This document shows positions 1 through 10,751 of a stretch of 64,000 nucleotides of DNA, piece by piece (position 1 is the first letter of the stretch; every line of letters starts with the position of its first letter). Under the pieces are notes generated by a model. The model was not told the origin of the DNA. It did no database searches and saw only the letters and a list, made by a program, of their open reading frames with translations. Origin of the DNA: an uncultured Gemmatimonadaceae bacterium. Its GTDB lineage: Bacteria > Gemmatimonadota > Gemmatimonadetes > Gemmatimonadales > Gemmatimonadaceae. A program made the position numbers and the translations under genes. The stretch spans positions 8,178 through 72,177 of the forward strand of contig CAWGJO010000025.1 in the NCBI GenBank assembly GCA_963822945.1, in the 5' to 3' direction.

Positions 1-693
1 GTACAGCAGCACGCCGCATCCCTCGCACACCTCGGGCGTGCCGGTTCCGACCATGACATTGCGCCGCTGCATGGGGATCATGGTGTCGCAGTTGCCGCAG
101 GACTGGCCGCGCAGCGCGAACAGGGCCACCGACCGCTGCCGCTGCTGGATGCGATCGTAGCGCGCCAGCAGACTGCGCGGCACCCGGCGGGCCTTCTCGC
201 CGCGCGCCCCCTGGGCGGCATCGAGCTTGTCCTGGATCGCCTTGCGATCGGCCTCCAGGGATTCGCGCGCCTCCGTCTGCGCCGCCCGCGTGGCCTCAAC
301 CTCCGTCTCGCGCTCGGCCACGTACTTGCGCAGATCGTCGAGGCGCGAATGAATGCTGGCCATCTCCCGCTCGTCGTCCGCCAGCATCCGGCGGGCCTGC
401 TCCGTCTGAGCCACGGCCGCCGCCGCTTCGCGCGGCGAGGTCACGGTGTTCAGCACCTCCTCGTGCCGCTTGAGCAGATCGCGGTGCTGATCGATGCGGA
501 ATTGCAGATCGCTCTGCCGCTTCTTTTCGGCCTCCAGACTGGTTGAGGCGTCGGCCAGCGAGGCCTCGGCGCGCTTCGTTTCCGCTTCGAGCGCGGCCAT
601 GCGCGGCGCCAGCGCCGCCAACTGATCTTCGAGTTCGAATATCACCACATCGTCCTGCTGGACTTCCAAGAGGATCACCACGTCTTGGTGCAC
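1..693 (-). CDS. C4-type zinc-ribbon/coiled-coil protein (DUF164/CT398-like), 3' end runs off the window
   Basis: Manual translation from GTG at 693 (SD GGGAGA upstream): long coiled coil, then LLARYDRI...CGNC...CEGCGVLLY. Not in the ORF track because it is truncated. Confidence 0.85.
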   Translation of the reverse strand, partial: MHQDVVILLEVQQDDVVIFELEDQLAALAPRMAALEAETKRAEASLADASTSLEAEKKRQSDLQFRIDQHRDLLKRHEEVLNTVTSPREAAAAVAQTEQARRMLADDEREMASIHSRLDDLRKYVAERETEVEATRAAQTEARESLEADRKAIQDKLDAAQGARGEKARRVPRSLLARYDRIQQRQRSVALFALRGQSCGNCDTMIPMQRRNVMVGTGTPEVCEGCGVLLY

Positions 694-709
694 GAGCCAG
701 TCTCCCCGG

Positions 710-2536
710 TCATGGGCGTGAACGATCGAACGACTTCCAGCCGCGCCCGCCCAGTGAGCGCCACTCGTCCGTCAGTTGCTTCTTGCGTACCATCAACGCA
801 TCCTGCTCCGCCCCGGTCGCCAAGGGCAGCTGGCGGTCGATGTCCGACATCGCCTGGCGCAGCCGCTGCAATTGCAGGGCCGCCAGGCAGTCCTGCACCG
901 TGCGTTCCGCGGAATCCAGGCCCCCGTCCTCCGCGAGCAGCATCTGCAGCACGGCATTCGCCTCTTCATCGAGCCCGGCCGCGAGATCCTCCACCGGACG
1001 GTCCGGTGCGGCGGCCGCCAGGCGTGCATAGATGGCGCGCAGCGACGGCTCCCCGAATTCCTGCGGCCCCACATGCTCGGCCACGACTTCAACATACGTC
1101 GGCTGGTGCAACATTACACGCACCAGCTCCCATTCAGTCCTAACCCCCGGGGTCCGGCGCAGGTCACGGCGCGGCTGGCGCGGCGCCGGTTCCGGGTCCG
1201 GCGGCGCGTCGAAATACTCCGGCGGCGGCGGCTCGGGACCACGCGTCCGCACGGGCTCCGGCCCGTGTCCGATCTCCCGTTCCAGCAGGTCGCGCCCCAC
1301 CCCCGACGCCTCTGCCGTGCGCGCGACGTACAGGTCGCGCGTCAGCGGGTCCGACACCGCCCGCAGCGTCGGCAGCAGCTTGTCGATCGCCTGCCGCTTG
1401 CGCCGCAGATCGGCGAACGCGCCGTGGCGCTCGAGCAGTTGGATCTTCCGCTCGAAGACGTCGATGGCCTGCGCGATGTGCTCCTCGAGCCGATCCTTGC
1501 CGTGCGCGCGGACGAAAGTATCGGGATCCTCGCCCTCGGGCAGCGTGACCACCTGCACCGAGGCGCCGAGCCGCAGCAGCTCGTCGCCGGCACGGAAGGT
1601 CGCCTTGAGCCCGGCCGTGTCGCTGTCGTACAGCAGATAGACGTTCTTCGTGTAGCGGCGGAGCAACTCCGCCTGCGGTTCCGCGAGCGCCGTGCCCAGC
1701 GGGGCCACGACCTCGTTCACACCCGCCATCATCAGCCGCACGCAGTCGAAGTACCCCTCCACGAGAATCGCCCGGTCGGCCCGGCGAATGGCGTTCTTGG
1801 CCCACGACAGCCCGTAGAGCGTGCGCCCCTTCACGAAGGTCGGCGATTCGGCGGAATTGAGGTACTTCGGCTCGCCCGGCCCGATCAGGCGGCCGCCGAA
1901 GGCGATCACGTTGCCCCGCACGTCGTGGATCGGAAAGATCAGACGATTTCTGAACCGCGGCCGCGGCTCCTCGACGTCCTCGCGCTTCACCAGCAGCCCC
2001 GCCTCGAGCTGCCGCTCGTCGTCGAAGCCGAGCGTCTGCAGGTGGGCCCGCATCAGCCCGATCTCCCGCGGGGCGAAGCCGAGCGAGAACCGCTCGGCGT
2101 CCTCCTGCGTCACCTCGCGCTGGGCCAGGTAGTCGCGCGCCGCGGCTCCCACCTCACCCTCCCACAGCATGCGGCTGAAGTACTCCGCCGCCGCGGCGTT
2201 CACCTCCCACAACGGTTCCCGCGGGTCGGGCCCCTCGCGCTTGCGCGAGACCTCGCGCACCTCGATGCCCGACTTCTCGCCCACGTACTTCACCGCGTCC
2301 ACGAAATCGAGCCCGAGGCGCTTCTGCACGAAGGTGAACACGCTCCCCTTCTCGCCGCACGACCAGCACCGGTAGCCGCCCCCCGGCGTGACCGAGAAGT
2401 TGGGGTGCGTGCCCTGGTGGAACGGACAGGGCCCGCGCCAACTCCGGCCGACGCGCTTGAGCTTCACGTGTTCGCCGATGATCTGCACGATGTCGGCCGC
2501 ATCGGCCACGCGCTCCACCACGTCGTCGGGAATCAC
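710..2536 (-). CDS. dnaG: DNA primase
   Basis: CPFH...CWSC zinc finger, KYLNS, EGYFD and YDSDTAG TOPRIM motifs. Confidence 0.98.
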   Translation of the reverse strand: MIPDDVVERVADAADIVQIIGEHVKLKRVGRSWRGPCPFHQGTHPNFSVTPGGGYRCWSCGEKGSVFTFVQKRLGLDFVDAVKYVGEKSGIEVREVSRKREGPDPREPLWEVNAAAAEYFSRMLWEGEVGAAARDYLAQREVTQEDAERFSLGFAPREIGLMRAHLQTLGFDDERQLEAGLLVKREDVEEPRPRFRNRLIFPIHDVRGNVIAFGGRLIGPGEPKYLNSAESPTFVKGRTLYGLSWAKNAIRRADRAILVEGYFDCVRLMMAGVNEVVAPLGTALAEPQAELLRRYTKNVYLLYDSDTAGLKATFRAGDELLRLGASVQVVTLPEGEDPDTFVRAHGKDRLEEHIAQAIDVFERKIQLLERHGAFADLRRKRQAIDKLLPTLRAVSDPLTRDLYVARTAEASGVGRDLLEREIGHGPEPVRTRGPEPPPPEYFDAPPDPEPAPRQPRRDLRRTPGVRTEWELVRVMLHQPTYVEVVAEHVGPQEFGEPSLRAIYARLAAAAPDRPVEDLAAGLDEEANAVLQMLLAEDGGLDSAERTVQDCLAALQLQRLRQAMSDIDRQLPLATGAEQDALMVRKKQLTDEWRSLGGRGWKSFDRSRP

Positions 2537-4928
2537 GCCAGCTCCGCCACCGTCACGCCGGCGCCGCCCTCGTTCCAGGCACCGAGGCGAAAGTTCGTCA
2601 CGCGGGAATCCTTCTTCAGCATCTCGGCCACCCGTTCACGCAGGGCTCCCGTGCCCTTGCCATGGATGATGCGCAGCATGCGCAGATCGGCCCGGACCGC
2701 CGAATCGATCGCGTGCATCACCAGACTCTCCGCCTCGTCCGCTCGCAGACCGCGCAGATCAATCTCGCTCGGAACGTGCGCCTCCGGCAGGTCGCCGCGC
2801 CAGCCCACGACCATCTCCTCGGGCCGCGGCTCCTCGACCCGCGTCAACGTGTCGAGGGGAACGGTCAGCTTGAGCGACCCCACGGCGACGACGGCGTCGG
2901 AGCCCCGTAGGTCCACGATCCGCCCCCGTTTGCCGTCGAGGGTGCCCACCGCCACCCGGGCGCCCGGCGCCAGCGCGCCCGGGACCGCCGCCGGCGCTTC
3001 GGGTTCGGCCGCGACGCGCTCCGTCTCGGCGTCCAGCGCCTCCAGCGCCGCCGCCTGTTCCGCGGCCAGCCGTTCGGCGCGGCGCCTCGCCTCGCGACCG
3101 GCGCTGTCGATGGCCTCCGCCCCCGCAGCCTTGAGTTCGCGAATCGTGCGCTCGATGTCGTGGCGCGCGTCGAGCACGTAGCGGCGCGCCTCCTGCCGGG
3201 CGGCGCGCTCCAGTTCCCGCTCGCGCTCCCGCACCGAGCGCTCGCGCCGCGCCACGTCGGCCAGGCGCTGCCGGCCGTCGTCGAGCACGGCGGTCATCTC
3301 GGATTCGCGCGCCGTGAGTTCGCGCTCGCGAACCTCGAGACGCTCCAGCAGATCGCGGGTGTCGCGCTCGTTCTGCGGAATGCGCTCCTCCGCCCGCGCC
3401 ACGATCGCCTCCGGCATCGCCAGCCGCCGGGCGATGCTGATGCCGTACGACCGGCCGGGGATCCCCTTCACCAGGCGATACGTGGGCGCCAGCGCCGCCG
3501 CGTCGAACTGAAGCGAGGCGTTCACCACGCCGGGCTGCTGGCTGGCCAGCTCCTTGAGCGTGCCGAGGTGCGTGGTGGCAACGGTGGTCGTGCGCCGCTG
3601 CGTCAGCGACTCGAGGATCGCCCATCCGAGGGCCGCGCCTTCCTGCGGATCGGTGCCCGAGCCCAATTCGTCGATCAGCACGAGCGAGTCCGCCGTCGCG
3701 CCGCGCACGATCTCGGCCAGGTTCTTCAGGTGCGCGCTGAAGGTGGACAGGCTCGCCTCGATGGACTGCTCGTCCCCCACGTCGGCGAAGAAGTCGTCCA
3801 CGACGGCGATCCGCGACGCGGGGCCCACGGGCGCCGGGATCCCGGCCTGGGTCATGCGCGGAGATGAGGCCCAGGGCTTTGAGGAGTACCGTCTTGCCAC
3901 CGGTGTTCGGTCCCGACACCAGCAGCGTGTGCTCGTCGGGATCCATGGCGAGGTCGAACGGCACCACGGGAATTCCCTGCGCCACGAGCAGCGGGTGCCG
4001 GCCGCGCACGATCTCGAATCCGCCGCCCGGCGCCGCGAGGGTGCCGCTGGCGCACTCGAAGTCGTCGGAGAACCGCGCCCGGGCGTACAGGCTGTCGAGC
4101 TCGGCCAGCGCGTCGAGTGACGCGAGCATCGGCTCCCGCAGCGGCCGCACGCGCTCGGTCAGCTCCGCCAGGATGCGCTCGATCTCCTCGTGCTCGGCGG
4201 CTTCGAGTTCGCGCAGGCGGTTCCCGAATTCCACCGCCGCGGGGGGCTCGATGAACAGGGTCCCGCCGCTGGCGGACGCGTCGTGCACGATGCCGCCCAC
4301 GGCGCCGCGCCCCTCGCGGCGGACCGGGATCACGTAGCGCCCGTTGCGCACGGTGATGGAGAGGTCCACCGGCCGGTGGTGCGCCGGCAGGCCCGCCATC
4401 ACGCGCTCCAGTATGCGCACGAGCTCTCCTTCGGACTTCCGGAGTTCGCGGCGCAGGCGCTTCAACTCCGGCGACGCGTCGTCGCGCACCTGGCCGTCGT
4501 CGTCGAAGGTGCGGTCGATCGCGTCCTCGACCATGCGCTGCGACAGCAGACGGTCGACGAACGGCTCGAGCACCGCGCGCGCGACGGCGGGGCGCCTTCT
4601 CGTCGCGCAGCGCCTCGCGTGTGAGGCGCGCCGAGCGGAGCAGCTGACCGCCCTGCCGCAGTTCCTCGGCCGTCCACCGACTGCCGGCCACGCGCAGGCG
4701 GCCGAGCGCGGCCGTGACGTCGGGAAGCGGTTCCGGGTGCCACGGGTGGTCGCCCTCGCGCATGGCGCGCACGGCCGCCACGCGCCCGTGCTCGGCCTCC
4801 AGCCAGGCGCGGTCCGTGCCCGGCGTGAGCGCGCGCACCCGTTCGGCCCCCAGGGTCGATGCCGCCCGCTGGGCCACGAGGTCGAGCACCCGCGAAAATT
4901 CGAGAACCGCCAGCGCGTGGGCGTTCAT
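2533..4928 (-). CDS. mutS2: Endonuclease MutS2 (Smr domain), split by two +1 frameshifts (~4595, ~3856)
   Basis: Three consecutive ORF pieces: MNAHALAVLEF..., SGPNTGGKT Walker A, DELGSGTDP, C-terminal IDLRG...IIHGKGTGAL Smr domain. Confidence 0.93.
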
Positions 4929-4952
4929 GCGCCGGCTACCGGGTGGGGACGC

Positions 4953-4990
4953 AAAACCCGAACGGGCGGGGAGAGTCGCCCATTCGGGTT
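4953..4990 (-). terminator. Rho-independent terminator after rpsU-yqeY
   Basis: Minus strand AACCCGAATGGGCG-ACTCTCCC-CGCCCGTTCGGGTT-TT: 14-bp stem with one G-U pair, ending in a U4 run. Confidence 0.7.
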
Positions 4991-5015
4991 GCGAGATGCT
5001 CACTGAGGTCCACCG

Positions 5016-5459
5016 TCACTCCTTGCGGGCCAGTTCCTCACGCACGATGGCGTTGATGGTGCCGCCCTCCGCCCTGCCCTTGAATTGCGGCATGACCTTG
5101 CCCATCACGGCGCCGATGTTCGCCGCGCCGCCGGCGATCGCCGCGCGCACCGCGGCCCGGATCTCCTCCGGGTCCACCGCCGCCGGCAGATACGTCTCGA
5201 GCAGGGTGACTTCCGCCCGCTCCTTGTCCGCCAGTTCGTCGCGCTTGGCGTTGGCGTACATCTCCACCGACTCGCGTCGCTTCTTGATGCCGCGGCGGAG
5301 AACTTCGACCACGTCCTCGTCGGTGAGATCGCGGCGCAGCTCGATGGCCCGGTTCTTCACGTCGGCGATGATCGTGCCGAGCAGCAGCGTGGCCGGCTTG
5401 TTCTGCGCCTTGCGCGACGCATTCAGATCGGCCTGCAACCGCGCCATCAGGTCGGACAT
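5016..5459 (-). CDS. GatB/YqeY domain protein
   Basis: IKKRRESVEMY...ADKERAE...IGAVMGKVM...GRAEG pattern; follows rpsU. Confidence 0.93.
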   Translation of the reverse strand: MSDLMARLQADLNASRKAQNKPATLLLGTIIADVKNRAIELRRDLTDEDVVEVLRRGIKKRRESVEMYANAKRDELADKERAEVTLLETYLPAAVDPEEIRAAVRAAIAGGAANIGAVMGKVMPQFKGRAEGGTINAIVREELARKE

Positions 5460-5460
5460 G

Positions 5461-5649
5461 TTACGAGGACCGGCTCCGGCGATTCTTGCGAATGGCCGCG
5501 TTCATCTTGCGCTTGCGGCGTTCACTCGGCTTCTCATAGTGACGATGCTTGCGCAGATCCGACAGGATGCCCGCCTTCTCGCATTTCTTCTTGAATCGCT
5601 TGAGCGCGCGCTCGAAGTTTTCATCGTCGTGGATGATGACTTCCGACAA
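5461..5649 (-). CDS. rpsU: 30S ribosomal protein S21
   Basis: [34 protein letters not shown] start with SD GGAG. Confidence 0.97.
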   Translation of the reverse strand: MSEVIIHDDENFERALKRFKKKCEKAGILSDLRKHRHYEKPSERRKRKMNAAIRKNRRSRSS

Positions 5650-5706
5650 AAGTGCTCTCCCCCCTTCGTGGCGTTTGCGGCGCCGGATAAGTGTGCGTAG
5701 CCGTTT

Positions 5707-5736
5707 AACTTAGCGAAGGCAGGGAAGCGGTGTCAA
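5707..5736 (-). promoter_or_regulatory. sigma70-type promoter of rpsU
   Basis: TTGACA-18 nt-TAAGTT on the minus strand. Confidence 0.7.
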
Positions 5737-5796
5737 TGGAGAGGCAAACGCGGCGCGTGATCCCCCTCCCCGGCGGCAGGGGTGGTATACTAGCGC

Positions 5797-7714
5797 ATGA
5801 ATCCTCCCCCTCCCCTTTCCCGCTCGCCAGCCGATCCCCTGTTCGTCGAGTTCCAGGCGGCGCTTACAGGACGCTACTCCATCGACCATGAACTCGGCCG
5901 CGGTGGCATGGGCGTGGTCTACCTGGCACACGAGGTCCATCTGGACCGCCCCGTGGCCATCAAGCTCCTCCCCCCGGACCGGGCCCGCGACCCCGCCCTG
6001 CGCGAGCGCTTCCTGCGCGAGGCGCGGATGGCCGCCAAGCTCTCGCATCCGAACATCATCCCGATCCACGCCGTGGACGAGGCTGGCGGGTTCGTGTTCT
6101 ACGTGATGGCGTACGTGGAGGGGCAGACGCTGGCCGAGCGTGTGCGAACGCGCGGGCCGCTGCCCAACGCCGAGGGCGCGCGTGTGTTGCGCGATGCCGC
6201 CTGGGCGCTCGCCCATGCCCATTCGCAGGGCCTGGTCCACCGCGACGTGAAGCCCGACAACATCCTGCTCGAAGTCGGGACCGGCCGCGTGATGGTGGCC
6301 GACTTCGGGATCGCGGCCGTGAGGAGCGACGCCACGGGCGACGGCGTGTCGGGCACCCCGGAATTCATGAGTCCCGAGCAGGCGTTGGGCCAGGAGGTGG
6401 ACGGACGCAGCGACCTGTACTCGCTCGGCGCCACGGCGTTCTTCGCAATGACAGGTCGGCTCCCGTTCGAGGGAAAGACGCCCACCGAGGTGCTGGCCAA
6501 GCAGGTTACCGAGCCCGCGCCGCCCGTGCTCTCGATGGGTATTCCGGTGTCGCGGAAGATTGCCGCGCTCATCGACCGTTGCCTGGCCAAGCAGCCCGAT
6601 CAGCGGCCAGCGAGCGCGGACGCGCTGGCCGAGCAGCTGGGGGTCGCGATCGCGCTGCGGCGCGAATTGCCGGTGGCCCTCCGCGCCTTCGCGAGGGACG
6701 GTGGCCGGTTGAACGGCGGCGGCACGATCGTGTTCCCGTTCGCGCTGCTGGGTGCGACGATCGGCGTTTCGAGCCTCTTCGGGTCCACCGTGGCCTACAC
6801 TACCATGGCGGTGCTCGGGCTGTGTGCGCCCGCCCTCTATCTCGCCAACGCCGCGCGGAAGCTGCTCCGGCTCGGCTTTACCCAAGTTCGATCTCGAGCC
6901 CGCGTTTCAGATGCAACTCGACCAGGCACGCGAGGAGCACACGATGCGATTCAGCCCGGCGCGGGCCCGGTACGAGCAGTTGTTCAAGCGATGCGCCAAG
7001 GGGTTCGGGCTTGTGCTGGGCGCCTCCATCGCCACCGTCTTCGCTGCCACGCTCCGGCTCGTCCGATACCCCGATTGGGGGATGGCGGTGTTCAGCATTT
7101 CCAGCATCGGAATGTTCGTGTCATCGCTCGGCTACCTCACGCTCGCGCAGGAGCATTCCGATGCCGACACCGCGTTCTGGCGACGTATCTGGACGGGCCG
7201 CATCGGGCGCGTGCTCTTCTCGATCGCGCGGCGGTTCACAGGGCGACATCAGCCCGCCACGGTCATGACCCACCGCGCCACCGAACTCGCCCTGGGCATG
7301 GCCGCCGAGAGTCTGTTCGAGACGCTGCCCCGCGAGACGCGGGCGTCGCTCGGCGATCTGCCGACCATCCTCCACCGGCTTCAGGAGGACGCGCAGCAGC
7401 TTCGTGTGAAGTACAACGAGCTTCAGGAAGCGCTGGCCGAAGCCCCCGGCGGCGGAACGTCGGACGCTTACGCCGAGGTGCGCGAAACACGCGACGAGGT
7501 ACAGGGCAAACTCACCGAAGCGGTGAGCGCGCTGGAGACCATCCGACTCAACCTGCTCCGGCTGCACGCCGGTTCGGCAACGGTAGAGGGGTTCACCACA
7601 CACCTCGAAGTCGCCGCCGACGTGTCCGCGGAGGTGCAGCGGTTGCTGGCCGCTCGCGAGGAAATGGAGCGTCACCTCGAATTCCCTCGCGAGATCGCGG
7701 GCACGCCGGCCTAG
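5797..7714 (+). CDS. Hanks-type Ser/Thr protein kinase with C-terminal membrane segments, +1 frameshift at ~6884
   Basis: GRGGMGVV, VAIK, HRDVKPDN, DFG and GTPEFMSPEQ motifs; continues in ORF 6752..7714 with hydrophobic helices and a coiled coil. Confidence 0.9.
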
Positions 7715-7718
7715 CCGC

Positions 7719-8060
7719 TCACCCCGGCGGCCACCCCAGCGACCGCCCCCCCAGCAGGTGCAGGTGCAGGTGGAACACCGTCTGCCCGCCATCGGCATTC
7801 GTATTGACCACCACGCGGTAGCCCCGCTGCGCGATCCCTTCCTGCTCGGCGATCTCCGTGGCCAGTTCCGTCATCTCGCCGACCATCGCGAAATCGCCGA
7901 TCGCGTTGAGCGATTCAACGTGCGCCTTGGGAATGATGAGAATGTGCACCGGCGCCTGCGGATGCACGTCCCGGAACGCCATGAAGTGCTCGTTCTCCAT
8001 CACGACCGCCGATGGGATCTCGTGCCGTACGATGCGACAGAACAGACAGGTGTCGGACAC
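7719..8060 (-). CDS. Histidine triad (HIT) nucleotide-binding protein
   Basis: CLFCRIV...GQTVFHLHLHLLGGR; GTG start with SD GGAGG. Confidence 0.95.
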   Translation of the reverse strand: MSDTCLFCRIVRHEIPSAVVMENEHFMAFRDVHPQAPVHILIIPKAHVESLNAIGDFAMVGEMTELATEIAEQEGIAQRGYRVVVNTNADGGQTVFHLHLHLLGGRSLGWPPG

Positions 8061-8077
8061 CTTACCTCCCGAGCCGG

Positions 8078-8812
8078 TCACCGGCCCTGATCGGTGCGGA
8101 CGATCGCGACCGCCGCGATGCCCGCCGTTTCGAATCGCAGGGTCGTCGCGCCCAGCGCCGCGGCGCGCCAACCATGGGAGAGCAACCGCTCCAACTCGTC
8201 CGGTTCCAGCCCACCCTCCGGTCCCACCGCGACCGCCGTCGCGTGGAACGGCGCGAACGACGACATCGCGGGACCGCCGGCATCGAGCACCAGTCGCGTG
8301 CCCATGCGCGCGCACGCCGCGACGGCCTCGTCCAGCGCGCACGCGTCGTGAACGGCCGGCAACCACGCGCCACCGGACTGTTCCAGGGCCCCGATCATCC
8401 GGGCTCGGACCTTCCGCGCGAACGCCTCCCCCTCCCCCCTCGGCGATACGCTGCGCGACCGCGCGTACCACACCGGCCGCCATTCGGTGACCGCGAACTC
8501 CGCCGCCTTCTCGGCCAGCCAGAGCATCCGGTCGCGGTCGGCCACGGGAACGAGCAGCGCGAGCGGCGTCGGACGGTCCACCGATTCGCACGCCTCGACG
8601 GATGCCTCCGCGCTGCTCGCACTCATCCGGTCGAGCGTTCCCCACCCCACGGTGCCCGCGCCGTCGGTTACCCGCACGGGATCGCCGGCGCTCAATCGCC
8701 GCACGCGCGCGTGTTTGACGGCCGCGTCGGGTAGCGGCACCGCCGTCCCCGGAGCGATCGTCGCCTCGACGAAGAACGACGCTATCCCCGAACCGCGGCG
8801 ACGCTCCACCAC
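8078..8812 (-). CDS. rsmE: 16S rRNA m3U1498 methyltransferase
   Basis: VGPEGG and LGATTLRFETA motifs; follows prmA. Confidence 0.93.
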   Translation of the reverse strand: MVERRRGSGIASFFVEATIAPGTAVPLPDAAVKHARVRRLSAGDPVRVTDGAGTVGWGTLDRMSASSAEASVEACESVDRPTPLALLVPVADRDRMLWLAEKAAEFAVTEWRPVWYARSRSVSPRGEGEAFARKVRARMIGALEQSGGAWLPAVHDACALDEAVAACARMGTRLVLDAGGPAMSSFAPFHATAVAVGPEGGLEPDELERLLSHGWRAAALGATTLRFETAGIAAVAIVRTDQGR

Positions 8813-9603
8813 GCGTCCTCCTCCAACTCGACGACGACCGTCCAGTCCGCATCCGTGAGCGCCCGCCGCATCTCATCGGCCTCGCTGGTCATGATACCGC
8901 TGAAGATCGCCCGGCCGCCCGGGGCCAGCGCGCCCTCGATCACGGGCAGCAGACCGCGGATGACGCCCGAGAGAATGTTGGCCAGCACCAGATCCACCGG
9001 CGCCAGCAGCGGGAGCAACTGCGTGGCGTCGCCAAGGATCACCGCGACGCCGTCCGACACGCCGTTCGCCGCGATGTTCGCTTCGGCATTGCCGATCGCG
9101 TCGGGATCCATCTCGATGGCCGCCACGCGTCCGGCGCCGAGCTTCGCCGCGGCGATCGACAGCACGGCGCTGCCGGCGCCGAGGTCGGCCACGCGATCGC
9201 CTGCGTGCAGCACCGACTGCATGAGCGCCAGCACGCTCCGCGTGGTCGCATGCTCCCCGGTCCCGAACGCCATGGCCGGCTCGATGACGATCCTCCGCGC
9301 CGGATCGCTGCCCGCGGCCAACCAGGGCGGCATGACGGTGAGCCCGCCGACGCGATGCGCGGTCACGCCGCGCTTCCAGGCCTCCGTCCAATCCACCGGC
9401 GCCAGCGGACTCAACTCGACCAGCGCATCGGGGGCGCTCTGCGCAATGGCCGCGGCGAGCGCGTGCAGATCGATCCCCTCGTCCACATGCGTGATCAGGA
9501 ATTCCCCGTCCTCCTGCACGCCGTTCACACCGCCGGCGAACATGGCCGCGAGGGCGGCCTCGCGGTGCGCGCCGGGACGCACCCGTACCGTGGTCCAGGT
9601 CAC
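8782..9603 (-). CDS. prmA: Ribosomal protein L11 methyltransferase
   Basis: IEPAMAFGTGEHATT, DLGAGS and ANIL motifs; GTG start overlaps the dnaJ stop (GTGA). Confidence 0.93.
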   Translation of the reverse strand: MTWTTVRVRPGAHREAALAAMFAGGVNGVQEDGEFLITHVDEGIDLHALAAAIAQSAPDALVELSPLAPVDWTEAWKRGVTAHRVGGLTVMPPWLAAGSDPARRIVIEPAMAFGTGEHATTRSVLALMQSVLHAGDRVADLGAGSAVLSIAAAKLGAGRVAAIEMDPDAIGNAEANIAANGVSDGVAVILGDATQLLPLLAPVDLVLANILSGVIRGLLPVIEGALAPGGRAIFSGIMTSEADEMRRALTDADWTVVVELEEDAWWSVAAVRG

Positions 9604-10742
9604 GCGCCCAGCGCTTCTTTCATCTTCTTCCAGAAACTCTTCTCGCGCCCGGCCACCGGCACCGACGTCTGCACCTCGGCCAGCTCCCGGATGATCCGCT
9701 CCTCCTCCGCGGTCAGCCGCTCCGGCGTCCACAGCTGCACGCGCACGTGCAGGTCGCCCGTGCCGCTGGAGTTCACGCGCGGCAGTCCGCGTGACTTGAG
9801 GTGGAACAGCTGCCCGCTCTGCGTGCCCGCCGGAATGCGAAGGTTGACGCTCGCCGTCACGGTCGGCACCGTGATGTCCGCACCGAGGACGAGCTGGCCG
9901 TACGTCACCAGCACCTCGGTGTACAGGTCCTCGCCGTCGCGTTCGAAGCGCGGATCGTCGGCCACCTCGAACACCACGTGCACGTCGCCGCGCTGCCCCC
10001 CGCGGGCGCCCGCGTTGCCGGCCCCGCGCATCGTCATGTACTGCCCGGTGGCCACCCCCGCCGGCACCTGGATCGTCAACTCGCGCTCGCCGCGCACGCG
10101 CCCCTCGCCGCGACACTTCTTGCACGGCGCCTGCACGATCGTCCCCTCGCCCTTGCACGTCGGGCACGGCACCACGGTCAGGAACTGGCCGAAGAACGAT
10201 CGCTGCGCGCGCCGCACTTCGCCCGCCCCTCCGCAGCTCGGACAAGTCTCGACCCGCGATCCGGGCTCGGCGCCCGTTCCGCCGCAGTGATCGCACGCGT
10301 CGAGCAGTTTCGCCACGACCTTCTTCTCCACCCCGGTGGCCACCTCTTCGAGCGTGAGCGCAATCGACACGCGCACGTCGGCGCCCGTGCGCACGCTTCC
10401 GCCGGACCGGCCACCGCCGCCGCCGAACAATTCCTCGAACCCGCCCAGGCCGAAATCCCGCATGAAGATGCCGAGCGCTTCGGAGAGATCCACGTGGTGG
10501 AATCCGGCCCCCGGGCCCCCGCCGCGCAGGCCGGCTTCGCCGTATCGGTCGTACGCGGCGCGCTTCTGCGGCTCGCGCAGCACATCGTACGCCTCGGTGA
10601 TCGCCTTGAACTTCTCCTCGGCCTCCTTGGAGCCCGAGTTGCGATCGGGATGGTACTTCATCGCCAGCCGCCGGTACGCCTTCTTGATCTCCTCGTCGGA
10701 GGCGGTGCGCGCTACCTCGAGCACCGAATAGAAATCAGCCAT
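9600..10742 (-). CDS. dnaJ: Chaperone DnaJ
   Basis: J domain HPD, four CxxCxGxG repeats. Confidence 0.98.
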   Translation of the reverse strand: MADFYSVLEVARTASDEEIKKAYRRLAMKYHPDRNSGSKEAEEKFKAITEAYDVLREPQKRAAYDRYGEAGLRGGGPGAGFHHVDLSEALGIFMRDFGLGGFEELFGGGGGRSGGSVRTGADVRVSIALTLEEVATGVEKKVVAKLLDACDHCGGTGAEPGSRVETCPSCGGAGEVRRAQRSFFGQFLTVVPCPTCKGEGTIVQAPCKKCRGEGRVRGERELTIQVPAGVATGQYMTMRGAGNAGARGGQRGDVHVVFEVADDPRFERDGEDLYTEVLVTYGQLVLGADITVPTVTASVNLRIPAGTQSGQLFHLKSRGLPRVNSSGTGDLHVRVQLWTPERLTAEEERIIRELAEVQTSVPVAGREKSFWKKMKEALGA

Positions 10743-10751
10743 GGATCGTTC

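Noticed and set aside
2533..4928. Programmed frameshifting or pseudogenisation of mutS2, hflX, hrcA and hemW
   Set aside because: No slippery heptamers at the shift sites, no other decay, and the same +1 pattern across unrelated genes points to sequencing error.
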